Assembly: GCF_009914755.1 (NCBI RefSeq)
Contig: NC_060941.1
Source: the human T2T-CHM13v2.0 reference genome, Homo sapiens
Length of the DNA stretch: 64,000 nt
Strand: one strand, 5' to 3'
Shown here in pieces: positions 1 to 15,999 of this stretch. The translations under genes and the position numbers were made by a program. Position 1 is the stretch's first letter. Each line of letters opens with the position of its first letter. Under the pieces are notes generated by a model. The model searched no databases and was not told the DNA's origin. It worked only from the letters and a program-made list of their open reading frames with translations.

Positions 1-239
1 TGGGGATGCAGTGGTGAATAAACCAGACAAGGTCCCTGTCCCCTTAGAGCTTACAGTCAGGTTGTGCACATGAAATGTAACTTTAAAATATTTTCTTATA
101 CGAAGACACCCTCTGCCCCAATCTAGAAAGAAATCTGTTAGGCATCAAGCTTAGATTACTTGGTAAATATACAGCTATTTACTAATGTTAGTTAATGGAC
201 TATAGAAAAGGGACAATGATATTTATTACAGTGTTTTGT

Positions 240-1240
240 TTTTTCTTTTATTGTTTAACTTTTATTTTAGGTTCAGGGGTACATGTGCAAGTTTGTTACA
301 TGGATAAATTGCATGTTATGGGGGTTTGGTGTACAGATAATTTCATCACCCAGGTAATAAGCATGGTACCCGCTAGGTAGCTTTTTGATTCTCACCCTCC
401 TCCCACTCTCCACCCTCAAGTAGGCCCTGGCGACTGTTGTTCCCTTCATTGCGTCCATGTGTACTTGATGTTTAGCTCCCACTTACAAGTGAGACTATGT
501 GGTATTTGGTTTTCTGTTTCTGTGTTTGCTAACTATAATGGCCTTATAGCTCCATCCAAGTTTCTGCAAAGGACATGATCTCATTCTTTTTCATGGCTGT
601 GTACATAGTAGTCCATGGTGTATGTATACCGCATTTTCTTTTTTCAGTCTACCTTTGATGGACCTTTAGGTTGATTCCATGTCTTTCCCACTGTGAATAG
701 TGCCGTGATGAACATATGAACGAATGCATGTGTCTTTATGGTAGAATGCTTTATATTCCTTTTGTGTATACCCAATAATGTAATTCCTGGGTCAAATGGT
801 AGTTTTAAGTTCTTTCAGAAATCACCAGCCTGCTTTCCATAGTGGCTAAACTCATCTGCATTCCCACCAGCAGTGTGTAAGTGTTCCCTTTTCTCTGCAA
901 ACTCACAAGCATCTGTTATTTTTTGACTTTTTGGTAATAGCCTTTCTGACTGGTGTGAAATGGTATCTCACAGTGGTTTTGATTTATTTCCATTTCTCTA
1001 ATGTTTAGTGATGTTCAGCATTTTTTCATATGCCTGTTGGCCAGGTGTAAGTCCTCTTTTGAAAAGTGTCTTTTCACGTCCTTTGGCCACTTTTTAATGG
1101 CATTGTTTTGTTTTTGCTAATGAATTTATTTAAGTTCCTTATGGATTTCTGGATATTACACCTGTATTGGATGCATAGTTTGCAAATATTTTCTCTCATT
1201 CTGTAGGTTATCTGTTTACTCTGTTGATAGTTTCTTTTGC
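240..1240 (-). mobile_element. L1 3' end (ORF2 C-terminus + 3'UTR), older L1PA/L1PB-type
   Basis: T-rich tail at ~240-270, then antisense L1 3'UTR/ORF2 motifs (ggttcaggggtacatgtgca; tggtatctcacagtggttttgattt; ctgttgatagtttcttttgc). Confidence 0.85.
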
Positions 1241-1366
1241 AGACAGTGGAATACTATGCAGCAACTAAAGGAACCACCTAGCATGATGTGTATCAGTATG
1301 GATACATTGCAAAAACAAAGCTAAAAACAAGCTACCAGGCATATGAAGCACAGGATGGTAGAGGAC

Positions 1367-3070
<1,704 letters not shown>

Positions 3071-3103
3071 TATTTGAAAACCAATAAAAATCAAGATCAT
3101 TAT

Positions 3104-3234
3104 TTTATTTAGCTATTTATTTTTAGAGATGGGGGGGGGCCTCACTATGTTGCCCAGGCTGGACTCGAACTACTGAACCCAAGTGATCCTCCTGCCTCAG
3201 CCTCCTGAGTAGCTGGGACTACACATCTACCCAG
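3104..3234 (-). mobile_element. FLAM/Alu monomer with TSD
   Basis: Antisense monomer flanked by the direct repeat caagatcattat (3092-3103, 3235-3246). Confidence 0.75.
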
Positions 3235-4781
3235 CAAGATCATTATAATCACACCTGTACCCTCTGGTCACCAAAGGATGTGAATTTTAAGTGGAGGTAG
3301 AGGGAGAATAGGAAAACTAGATTTCACAGTGTTCCCTACTGAAACAGTAGTGAGGCCATTCTGGGTGGCCTCTGCATCTGCTTTTGTTTGTTTGCCTCTG
3401 TCTTGATTCCCTGTTGTCTGTCATTGGAAGAAAATCCGAGTCTGGACTTGGGTTGCTTCACATGGACGTTATTTTAATGATAAATGATAAAAGACAAGTC
3501 CTGAGTTTCCATGGTGGCCCTGAATAGATTCTTCTATGAGACACTGCGTTTCTTACGTATATTCTGAGACACAGGCCAGGTTCTTGTATGAGATGCCATG
3601 TTTCTTAGGTATATTCTGAGACATGGACCAGACCATGTAGCATGAACCTGATATTCTAGGAAATCTCCGCATGGGTCCTGGCGGTTTAGGACTCCCTATG
3701 CTGCATCCTGCATCTTCAATCTTAACGTCACCTTTTTTTTTTTTAACACAGAATGTTTCTTTTTTGATTTTCCAGTGATTTACAAACCTACCTCCCAATC
3801 TAGCAGTTTAACCCCTTACTACAAAACATTTCAAAATTTTAGAATGAACCAATGAGAACATGTCATGGTACTGAAATTAGGCTTCAGAACATTTTTGTCT
3901 GTCATTGCATTTGGCAGGAAGTCAGACAAGTACCGGTGATTGCCGGTTTCTTGTCTGATTTTTGCACTTCTCTGGCAAGCTGCCCCCTCTGAAGAGTTGA
4001 CTATTTGGGAGTTACTCACTGATGGTTCAGCCACTTCCAGAACCTACCCCAAGAGCAAGACTTGAAACCAACTCGCACCCTCAAAGCTCCGGAAGCCATT
4101 CAGTGTTTCCATCTTGGCTGAGTGAGTTCTTCACTGAAACTCAATTTGACTTTGACAGTCATCTAATGAGAACTCAAAAGTCATTCTTGGTTCAGCCACA
4201 GTCAAAGAACTTGCAGAGCATTCTCTGACGAGGTCCTCAAGGACAACTGAGAGAAGGTAAGATCCAAAAAGCACCTGGATCCTGACACAGGATTGCCTGG
4301 TTCTTAAGCTCTGTTTGCATCCATGGGCACTCACCGGGTTGATTGCAGCCAGGCCGATGGGCAGGAGATGAAGTGCCCAAGCCGGAATGCAAGTCAGCAT
4401 TTATTAGAGGAACCCAGTACCTACACAGGTGGAATGTGTCTAACCCATCGATGATCTTCAGTCCTGTTATATTTTCACAGATATTTTATTTCAGAGTCAG
4501 AATAACTGATGTTAAGGTACATGGGGAAGGAAGGCGGTAGCCTCATCTTTGTAGCCAACCAGCAGTATCTCATTCCCAGCCCTGCCTCCTACCTCTGTTA
4601 AAAGAGATGGGAAGAGTTGGTAGTTTTCAAGGTTCCTTGAGCTCTGCTGTTCTCTGGAGTAGTCGGCTAACCTTTCCCTGGTGGGAGAGTCAGAAACTCC
4701 AGTGTCAGCTTTAACACTTGAATTTTCTCTTCTAGAATTGGTAGTTTAGCACTTTTGCCTATATTTTCACCGAGCTGATTG

Positions 4782-4896
4782 TTTTTTTCTCATCAGCGTA
4801 TAAGTCAGTATTTTATTAAGGAATGTGGGTTCTTTTGTTTTTTTTTCTCATCGTTTTATAACTCAGTATTTTATTAGGGATGTGAGTTTTTTTGTT
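4782..4896. repeat. Diverged ~57-bp tandem duplication
   Basis: ttttttctcatc...tcagtattttatta(a/g)g(g/a)atgtg(g/a)gtt occurs twice back to back. Confidence 0.75.
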
Positions 4897-4909
4897 ATAT
4901 GGAGGACGG

Positions 4910-5207
4910 TTTTTGTTTTTTTTTCTGAAATGGCGTCTCACCCTGTCACCCAGGCTGGAGTGCAATGTTGCGATCACGGCTTACTGCAGCCTCGACCTCC
5001 CAAGCTCAAGCAATCCTCCCAGCTCAGCCTCCCAAGTAATTGGGACTACAGGCATGCACAATCATGTCTGGCTAATCCTTTCTAATTTTTGTAGAGATGG
5101 GGCATCACTTTATTGCCCAGTCTGGTCTTCAGCTCCTGAGCTCAAGTGATCATCTTGCGTTGTCTCCCAAATCACTAGGATTACAATTGTGAGCCGCCAT
5201 GCCTAGC
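4910..5207 (-). mobile_element. AluJ-like
   Basis: Diverged antisense Alu dimer. Confidence 0.8.
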
Positions 5208-5719
5208 GAAGCATGTGTTTTTGTCCTCAGTATGTTATGAGCCTTTTGGCCTTAACATCTTTGTCATAGACAATTTTATGTTGTTATATAAACTGCCAGT
5301 GTCATCTTGTTTCTGGTTTTTTAAAGATTTACTCTCCCCAATCTTATGCAAATATGCTATTAAATGTGTTCATCTATTTTATGTACACACATGCAGGTGT
5401 TTGATCCACCTCTCTTTATTTAATCTGATGTGAAGTGTGAGTCTTTCTCTCCCAGGTAGATAGCCGATCATGCCAGCGCTATTTATTACCAGAACTGTTC
5501 TTTGCCCACTGAATTGACATCTTACCTTGACACGGTTTATTTCATCTACATTCAGAGACCTGCCCTAGATAACGCCCCTATTTCTTTTTCTTTTGAGCTC
5601 TGCTTTAAAATATGTCTCATGGGTTATTAGATTGCTTATATTAATTTATCTTTTTATTTTAAGTTGTCATTCTCCGTTTATGTTTCCTTATTTTATTTAT
5701 TTATATATCTATTTATTTC

Positions 5720-5999
5720 CTTTTTTTGAGACAGACTCTCACTCTGTCGCCCAGGCTGGAGTGCAGCGGCGTGACCTTGGCTCAGCGCAATCTCCACCCC
5801 CGGGTTCAAGCAATTCTCCTGCCTCAGCCTTCCAAATAGCTGGGACTACAGGAGTACACCACCATGCCTGGCTAATTTTTTGTAGAGACGGGGTTTCACC
5901 ATGTTGGCCAGGCTGGTCTTGAACTCCTGACCTTAGGTGATCCACATGCCTCAGCCTCCCAAAGTGCTGGGATTACAGCATGAGCCACTGCGACCTGCC
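5720..5999 (-). mobile_element. AluS-like
   Basis: Antisense Alu dimer. Confidence 0.85.
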
Positions 6000-7372
6000 T
6001 TCTTATTTTATTGAATTTCAAGGTAGATGGTGTCAGTGTCAAACTCTGTTTCCAGTCATGAATTTACAAATGTCGGTTCTCTTGAGTGCAGTTTCCCCTT
6101 CACTTTGTATTATAAAATACTTGCATCGAGCAGGGCATGATTTTGCCTGTCACCTTCTCCTGCTGAAACAGATCCAGGTGTGGCAGGGCCTGATGTTTGC
6201 CCCAGGTCTGTGTCTGGATTCTGCTCAGATCCACTGCCTTTGCCTGACAGTGCCTCTGATCTTCTCATGACTTAAACGCGATGGAAGGCTCTTGAAGACG
6301 CATTTATATTACATATTGGGAGGTACAGAAGCTCAGGTAGAGAAGGGCGAGTGCCTAGTGGGAAATTCACCTGTGCCCAGTTTCTTCTCTGCTTGGTGAG
6401 CCTGGAATGCAGAGCCCGCTCTCTGAGTCTGTGTGTGTGCCCCTCCTGCCTTTTAGATGTACACTGTGGCTCTTCCTGCCCTCCCCCTTGTCACTACTGT
6501 CCTTTGTGCCTGGGGCCCATGGCCTCCTCTGATGTCAGATCTTCTTGTTCCTGATCCTTTGCCAGAACGCCCTTGATCTTCTTGTGCTCCTCTCCAGCAC
6601 TGGCCCTCTAGGGTGGGGGGCGTTAGTGGAGGTTTCCCATATCTCCATTTTCTCTGGAAGGGAATTGGGGGAAAGTCCTGTATTTCCGTTTTCTCTCACT
6701 CTCTCAGTAGAAATTCTTCAAAGTCTAAGCTTGTAGATGATACCCGACTACAAGATTTTTACTGTGTCTTTGATTATTTTTGTTGGGATTTGTAGATTAA
6801 GATGCTGGTGGTCAAACTGCTGGCTTATCCTGTTTGATTTTATTGTTATATATGCTTGTATAGAAATTTGAAAGTGAAATTCAGAAGATAATTTTTTGAC
6901 ACCTGAGAGACAGAGTACTTCATAATTTATGTCTCATGATAGAGTGACAGATTTCTCTTAGATTTGTTTGTCTAAAACAGTAAGTATTTAGAGAAAATTG
7001 CATTCCAGGCAAGGGCATGGAATGAGCAAAGGCACAGAGGCAGGACATAAAAAATAAAAACAAAAAAACGTCAGGTGCCTGGGTGAATAGTCCAAAAACT
7101 AGACGGGCAGAGGGGAGTCTTGGGAGATCAACCAAAAGGCCTGGGCTGGGCTTCATCCAGGTGTTCAGGAAAGAGCCCGGCAGGTGTGAGCGTGTGGTTG
7201 ACATGACCCACCCTTCACAAATATTAATCTTCCTGTTGTGAAGGTAGCAGCGGTGTCATGCAACGCCTCCCAGAGTTAACCATTGAATACTTTAAAAATC
7301 ATCATATACCAGGAGCTCACCTGTGCCTGGATCAGAATAAATGACAACATAACGTGATGTCTTGAGGAAGGA

Positions 7373-7422
7373 TAGGTTGGTGCAAAATTAATTTTTGCCA
7401 TTACTTTTGCAGCACCAGCCTA
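7373..7422. mobile_element. MADE1 (Hsmar1-derived MITE), internally deleted
   Basis: taggttggtgcaaaa...attacttttgcagcaccagccta resembles the MADE1 inverted termini. Confidence 0.7.
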
Positions 7423-7810
7423 TATTTACAATAAATGCTACAGACAGTCACAAACATTTGAAGACTCTATTCTCTAACATAACAAGGAAAGAAACAAATT
7501 AGAGATGTTAAATAAAAGTTTTAAAGGAAAACAATTACAGACATATACAGACATATATGTGTATGTGCTTAAATGAGAAGACACAGAAGGCAGACTGGCG
7601 TTCAGTGAGGAGGGCCGTGCACCTTGCTGTGCTCCCTGGAGACACTGCCTGCCTGTGGGGTGCACATCACCTGCAGTGTGTGACAGCACTGGGTGGTCTG
7701 GCCTCCAACTGTCGTTCTCAGGCATGGGTTGTCAGCTCACAAGAGCAGATTACTATATAAAAATAACACTGGAATATCGGGAGTATTTTTTCTTAAATAT
7801 GCTTAAAATA

Positions 7811-8095
<285 letters not shown>

Positions 8096-8512
8096 AAAAT
8101 AAATTTTAAGAAGAAATACTGTCAGTATTATTTTTAGAACCTTCTATACTTCTCACAGTACACTTGCGCACTACAGAAAATTTGAGAAAACATGGCCAAA
8201 TAGAGCTGGATTTGCATCCCAGATTCACCATTTATGAACCACATGACTCTTGTCAAATTTTCATCTAAAATAAAGGCTAATATGTGGGAGTTCTGTGGAA
8301 AAATTAGGTAACTTTAGACACATGGTACCATGCCTGGCATATACAGTGGAGTCATATCAGACACGTATTTATTTGTTTCAGTAAAATTACCTATTATTAT
8401 TATAATTTTACATGGTGGGAGCAAGTAGAACACATGCTTCATTTTTCTTTTAAATGTGGCCCCTAAACACAAAGGAGCTATTTCATCTGGGATGTAACTA
8501 AAGAAGGAGCCA

Positions 8513-8809
8513 GGCCAGGTGCGGTGGCTCACGCCTGTAATCCCAGCATTTGGGGAGGCCGAGGCGGGCGGATCACAAGGTCAGGAGATTGAGACCATCC
8601 TGGCTAACATGGTGAAACCCTGTCTCTACTAAAAATACAAAAAATTAGCTGGGCGTGGTGGTGGGCACCTGTAGTCCCAGCTACTCGGGAGGCTGAGGCA
8701 GGAGAATGGCGTGAACCCGGGAGGCGGAGCTTGCAGTGAGCCGTGGTTCTGAGGTTGTGCCACTGCACTCCAGCCTGGGCAACAGAGCAAGACTCCGTCT
8801 AAAAAAAAA
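8513..8809 (+). mobile_element. AluY-like with 13-bp TSD
   Basis: AluY motifs (gagaatggcgtgaacccgggaggcggagcttgcag); TSD aaagaaggagcca at 8500-8512 and 8807-8819. Confidence 0.92.
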
Positions 8810-9383
8810 GAAGGAGCCAACTCTGAAATGCTGGAGGGAAAGTGAATGTGTGAGACTTACTGAGAGATGGTGTGTTTATAAACAATCGTGTTTACAAAAG
8901 CACATATTTCTGAGTGACTGGAGGGATTTTCAAGGCTTATTTGACCACATGTGTGATTGTTACTTTACAGGTTGAGTTTAGAACCTAACCTCAGCCTTAC
9001 AGGCAGTAGGTAGCCTTGAACAAATGTTTAGCCAGTAGTGGTATCTTGCAGTTTTTCCTTTATTTAATGAATTTGCTAAGATATATCTGGCTATATGCTT
9101 AAAGATTTTGCAAAATATTTTTTTAAATTATTTTGAAATTCTTTAAAAAGATTTGTTTATTAATATTCTTTATAGAATACAGAGTTTTCTTCATTGGAAC
9201 AGAGGAAATGTAATAACTTCATTTATTGCTAGGGCTGTTATTGATTCTAAACAATTCTATGATAGGCTTCTGCAAGGAATTTCAATCTTATTTATGATTA
9301 AAGTACATACTAATGAACACAGTAGCATTATTAATAACCATTTTCTTTGGTTATTCAATTCAGGCTTTGTTTTGTGAATCCCC

Positions 9384-9385
<2 letters not shown>

Positions 9386-9428
<43 letters not shown>
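9386..9428. repeat. (CA)n microsatellite, ~21 units
   Basis: Direct reading. Confidence 0.95.
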
Positions 9429-9429
<1 letters not shown>

Positions 9430-11493
9430 CGCTGTTGTATAAGACGGTGGGTATGTAGTGGGCATTTCTCTAATGTGCTTAAATAAGACAGGGTTTTCTC
9501 ATACTGACTCTTACTGTTCTAGCCAAGGAGACTCTGTTTGAAGCAAGAAGGCAGGGGTACTGGAAACTGATTTCTTGTGTCCTTGCTTTTTTCTTGTGAA
9601 GAGTCTAAATTAGTCTATTTATCATTTGATATTTTGAATTCCAGAGAAACTTAGATAACTGAAGGGAATACCTCAGCAGAGTGTAGGCTTCTCTATTTTG
9701 TTCTTATTAAATTATCAAAGAAGGAAATGAATATGAATTATTTAAAATAATCGTCCTTGGAGGTCTTGGGTACTGAGTCATTTGAATGGACTGGTAAGGA
9801 GGTGGCCCATTTTGTTTGTTGATTTCACCTTCCTGAGAGTGGCTGGCACAGACAGAGGAGATATTTTTCTGCTCAGACCTAACCCGATTTCATTATCTTT
9901 CTGCATTCACCGCCTGATTTTATTCTGTAAAGTATGAACACCGGTCTGACTTCTCTATATCTTACCTTGTCATTTAAGCATATGAATTGTATTATGTAAC
10001 ATAAAGGGGAAAATATGAAAACCAGTTCCTCTCAGTAAACCTTTTAAAACATTATTTAAAAGCCCAGCCTCCTACAATTTCCAAAGTTCCTGGTAATTTT
10101 TTTCAGTGGAGTTTTCAGTTTACTGATTTTTTTTTTCACTCAGAAGGGGCTGTGAAGTCAACAATTTTAAGGCAGTGTGGTTTAAGTGTTTTAAGTTCTG
10201 TTTCTGTTAAATGTATTCTATTCATGTTTACAAAGCAACAGAAGAAAGCTTAGAGAATTAAGTACACATAAATTTAATCACACAAGCTTGAGTAGCTAGA
10301 TTAACTTCAAAACGATCAGTAAATAATATTTTAAACTTCTACTGACCTTATTAAAATACACTTCCAGAAACATTCTGTTTGAACTATTCTTGTAAATTAG
10401 TCATCTTGCAAAACAGCTGTGACAATATGATATAATGAAGAGAGCAGTGATTTAGCAATGAGAAGGCTGGGAGTCCTTGTCTTGGCTCATTCACAGGGAG
10501 ATCACATGACATGCCAAAGTCCCCTAGATGAGGAAGCCATGCATTGAGAGGATTGAGGATTGGGTCAATGATCTATCATAGAATACTTTCTATGAGTCTG
10601 TGCTTAAACTTAGAAACCTCACAAAGAACACACTGGGGAATTTGGTGCAAGCAGGAGCTTCACCTCATGCAGAATTGCAGTGTGATTTTAGAGTGCTGTT
10701 ACCATTCTTATGCTTAGAAGGCAGAGTGTCTTCAGTTAGGATTCTGTCGTGTTTAATGGATCCCACTCTCGTTGGCTTAGGCAGAAAGGTGTTAAATGGT
10801 TTGCAGAATTGTTGGGAAGGCTAAGCTTCCAGGAGCAGCTCCCAAAGTCTCCACACACAACTGGACCACCAGGGAACCTGCTCCCTCCACCAGGACAGGA
10901 CTTGGAAACCTGCCACCGCAATTACCAGCACCAGAAGGATCTTGTCTCTGCTAAGTCTCTGTCGACATAGTGAATACCCTGTGCCCTGCCTCTCTCTCCC
11001 TGACTCAGGTCCCATTCCAGGTCTTGCCCAAGTCTTTCTGATTGGTGGGACTTAAATCACACCCAAAATTCCAGCTGCAGGAGAGCTCTGAGATTTCATC
11101 TTTCCAACCTCTGTGTGCTACGTGGGGGTTGGAGCACTTGCTGACAAGCCTTGCAACCACCATTGACAGTAAGTGAGATATTTATGATCAATAACATTTG
11201 CATTTTTCACAATTTACAGTATAGCTGTACATTTTATTTAGAGCTAGTATCAAGTCACTCTACAGATAACAATATTATTTCTGACCATTTTGGAAGAAAA
11301 CAGCTTTTTTAAAATTGAGAGCAATATCTACATTATTTCCTAAAGAGCCAAAGCTGATAGAGAAAACAGGATGTTGAATTTTGAATTTTCCTTTCAGCTT
11401 TATCTTCTCCATGTCAGTTCTGTTTTCTTCTGTCTTTTTTTTCCATAGGGATGTCCTCCACCTTTTCAATCTGATTTGCTCTTTGCCATGCAG

Positions 11494-11639
11494 ACCTGTG
11501 GATGAAGAGCCAGAGTCCTCCAAGGTAAATGCTCCTGGCCAGTGGCCTGGTGTCTGTGTTAACTGAACATCTCCAACGCCCTCAGAGTCCACAACCACCA
11601 TTAAGTCACTTATCAAGTCATTTGACTTGGGATGCCCAG
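11494..11639 (+). pseudogene. SPECC1 (cytospin-B) pseudo-exon, 146 bp, with in-frame stop
   Basis: cag|A CCT GTG GAT...CCA G|gtattt encodes [47 protein letters not shown], versus recalled SPECC1 [48 protein letters not shown]. TGA at 11564-11566. Confidence 0.88.
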
Positions 11640-12459
11640 GTATTTGATCACTTTTTTTCTATAAGCAAAGCTCCAAATTCAAACTTTGGCCCAACATTTG
11701 ATATGTCAACTGTCTCTACTCCACCCTGGCTCCACGTTGGCTGTTACAATCACAAGGGTGCTTTCCAGGTCCTACCAGGTGCAGCCACTGCCTACAGGAG
11801 CCTGGCTGAGGCTCCAGGGAGGCGCTGATGGAGAGCCTGGCCCATGAATAACACAAATGCAGCCTCTTCCTCTCTACCTCTTCCTTCCATCCAGTTCCTG
11901 CCTTGTCACCTTTCTTTTCTGCCTCTCATAGCCATTAAATTCAGGTCACTACTATTTGCCTTTTTGTCGTCTCATGAGAATTACAAGGGTCAGCTGGAGA
12001 CTTCACCTCCTAGGAAATGAGGCATCACATCTGTGCACCTGGCCCTCTTGTAGGCACCCCTGGCCATCCCCATCTTGAACCTGCTAGATGTTTTTCTACC
12101 TGGTCTTGTACCTGAGCACCTGTGCTAATCTGTCACTCCTGATCTTGGTACATTCCCAGCTTTTCCTGGAATTGTCTGATGGACTCACAATTCCACTTTA
12201 GTCATGCTTATCTTTATATATGAGAAAGATACGTAGCTATACTTCATACATATACTGTACACATAAACATAGCAAATAGAAGAAACAGAATGTGCATCTC
12301 TCTACAGTAACATATATTTCTTCCCTGGACTGCAACAAATATGCCATTGAATTGGAAGACTGTTGTAAAAGTTAATCCTAGGATGTACCTAGTTGTCTCT
12401 GCTAAAATAGTTTGCAGCTAAATTAGATGATTAGACTGTGCATATTGAAAGACATGGAA

Positions 12460-12887
<428 letters not shown>

Positions 12888-13116
12888 TCAGTTATCCTAC
12901 ATCTAAGACTGATCTCCACTCAGCCAACTCCTCCTGCCCTCTCATTTCTCCAATTCAGCTTTAGTCCAGAGGAGAAAAGGATAATAGAGTAAATGTTACA
13001 CTAAACATCATGGGATACTTCTTAAGTCACCAAAAAAGTAACAACAAATTAAGAAGTATTATTTGCTATTTTGAACTGGATCAACATATAAATGTTCCCA
13101 TCTCTTTTCTTGGCAG

Positions 13117-13217
13117 GTGAAGCTGGACTGAATATTTCTGTCCATAAGACTATTAGAATCCCCCAAAGTGGGATACCAGTGAGGACCTCACCAGCAGCTG
13201 CTGTCTCTCCAATGCAG
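13117..13217 (+). pseudogene. SPECC1 pseudo-exon (next exon, 101 bp)
   Basis: tggcag|GT GAA GCT...ATG CAG|gtagat encodes [34 protein letters not shown], versus recalled SPECC1 [34 protein letters not shown]. Phase matches the upstream exon. Confidence 0.88.
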
Positions 13218-14552
13218 GTAGATGAGCCTCAGAAATAACCGCTGCTTGTGGTTTGCTGTGTATTCCTCTAGATGTTTTTCTTTACACATATTAGTGAGTG
13301 TGGAGAGAGAGTGTGTATGTGTTCTGTAAATTTGATTACACTGCGCATTTATTCCGAAATCCATTTCACTTTACCGTTGGAACGTAAGCTCTGTGAGGGC
13401 AGAGACTTTTGTTTATTGCACTTGCTGTTAGAGCTCTTGTCTGTAACAGTGGCTGGCACATGGTCACATCATAGTAGAAGCTCAATAAATATTTGTTGAA
13501 TGAATGAAAAAATACGTCCAAGACATCTTCAGATTTCAATATTTGGAGAAATGATTCATTTTTTAAAGAAAGTTACGTAATATATGGTGATTTATTTAGC
13601 CACTATTCTACTGATAGACATTTAGGTTGTTTTGAGTTTAACTTATTACAGAAACAATACAGGGAAGATCCTTGTACAAATTTTTGATGGTTAAAGGGGC
13701 TATTTCTGTATAAGGGTATATATCAGGATTCATTTGCAAATATCAGAGATCACTGTAATTAAGCAGAAAGGAATTTAATCCAGGGCATTTGGTACTAGAA
13801 GGGCTGGAGAAGGCAGTAGGCTCCACTGAGCTTCCAGGAAGGGTTCCCAGAGCATCTCAATGCTGACCCATTAAAAGACCTTCTGTTTCTGCCAGAATCA
13901 GGAAGTCTTTCTGTAGGTGCTTGCTTAGGACCACCAGTGCTGCCAAGATATAGGATAAGCCTCGGGATCACACAGGCACAGGTGCAGTCCGTACCTGCAA
14001 AACAGGCTCTGTGCCTGCCTCACACTGCCCAGATGATGGTGAAACAGACCCCAGAACCTCTGCTCCCCTGCCACAGAACAGCAAATGCCTTTCCAGCCAT
14101 GCTTGCCAGGAGAAGCTGCAGACGGGCAGCCTTACACTCCCTTGCACCTTCCAGATCCTCTAAGAGGGGGCCTCTTCGACAGAAACTAGGCCACTTGATG
14201 AGCCAAGCTTTTAAGACTTTGGCAAATACACCCTTCAGGCAAATACATCCTAGTCTCTTATGATTCAGTAAATCACCCTACAAAGAGATGAGGATGGAGT
14301 CGAGTGAGCCTTTGCTGAGATCTTCCACACATTGATTCCTAGAAAAGGAAAATGGAGTCCTAGAGAAGGAAGTAGATTGACCTGTCCCGGCATGTTGAAA
14401 AACTTGATAGACACATTGCCCTTCAGTTTGCCCTCCCACTCACAGCATGCAAGGTACTGTTTTCCCAGAATTTTCACACTCTGTAAATAATTTTAAAGAT
14501 TAAGTAAATGAACAATGATAACTTGTTTTGCTTTGTTCATCAGTAAGGTTGA

Positions 14553-14971
<419 letters not shown>

Positions 14972-15399
14972 ATCTTTTTCCTGTTTATAAGAAATCTTGA
15001 TATATTGTGCTTTTTAACTTTTTTTCATATGTAGTGCTATTATTTCTTAGTCATCTTTTAACTTTGTTTATAGTTATATTTTACTGAAGAGAAATGTTGC
15101 CTTTTTGTGTTGTTTTTCTTTGATTTTAAGTGTTTTGTTTCCTTCCTTAAAATGTCTTTCTAGCTATTAGTTTATTAAAATATTCTTCCTTAGCATCTTT
15201 AAAAAGCCTTTTATTTGTTCAGTCTTAAAACCCATAGAAACATGGGCTTTGGATTTTGATGATCTTCTCCTATCTTGACTGTCTTCTGGAATCAAATGGA
15301 TACTCTGGAGGAATATTACATCACCTAGAACCTCAAATTATAGCCATGTTTTATTTTTATTACTGTACACAAAATAGAATGAGTTTCTGTATTCATCTT

Positions 15400-15655
15400 C
15401 TTTCTTCCCTTTTTAAAAACTTTTCAGTTCAGGGGTACATGTGCAGGTTTGTCATATAGGTACATTCGTGTCGTGGAGGTCTGTTGTACACATTATTTCA
15501 TCAACTCGGTATTAAGCCTCGTACCGATTAGTTATTTTTCCTGGTTTGATCCCTCATCCCACCCTCCACCCTCAGGTAGGCCCCAGTGTCTGTTATTCCC
15601 CTCTATGTGTCCATGTGTTCTTATCATTTAGCTCCCACCTATAAGTGAGAACATG
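15400..15655 (-). mobile_element. L1 3'UTR fragment
   Basis: gttcaggggtacatgtgcaggtttg...tttagctcccacctataagtgagaacatg. Confidence 0.8.
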
Positions 15656-15999
15656 GGTAGGGATGTTTTTTATTAGGCAAAATGCAGGAATGGATACCAA
15701 GGTAGGGAATGTGGGCTGGGCTGTGTAGAGCACGTGGAGGGGTGGGGGGCTGCAGGTCACCATATCTGCTGGCGATGGCTGTCTTGAGTCATGGGCCACC
15801 CGGTGCTCTGACCAGTGGCAGCAAGGCTGTATGAACCAGTTCAGTTTTCCTTCCTGAGGTGGGACAGTCACAACTTTGGTTGGATATTTTGGCTCGCCTA
15901 CGGCCAGTTCCTGGAATTCTTTAAGTAAAAGGCAAGGTTAAGCATTATGAGAGCACCAAAGAGCAAGCTTTTTTTTTTTTCTATAAAGGTCAGATAAGG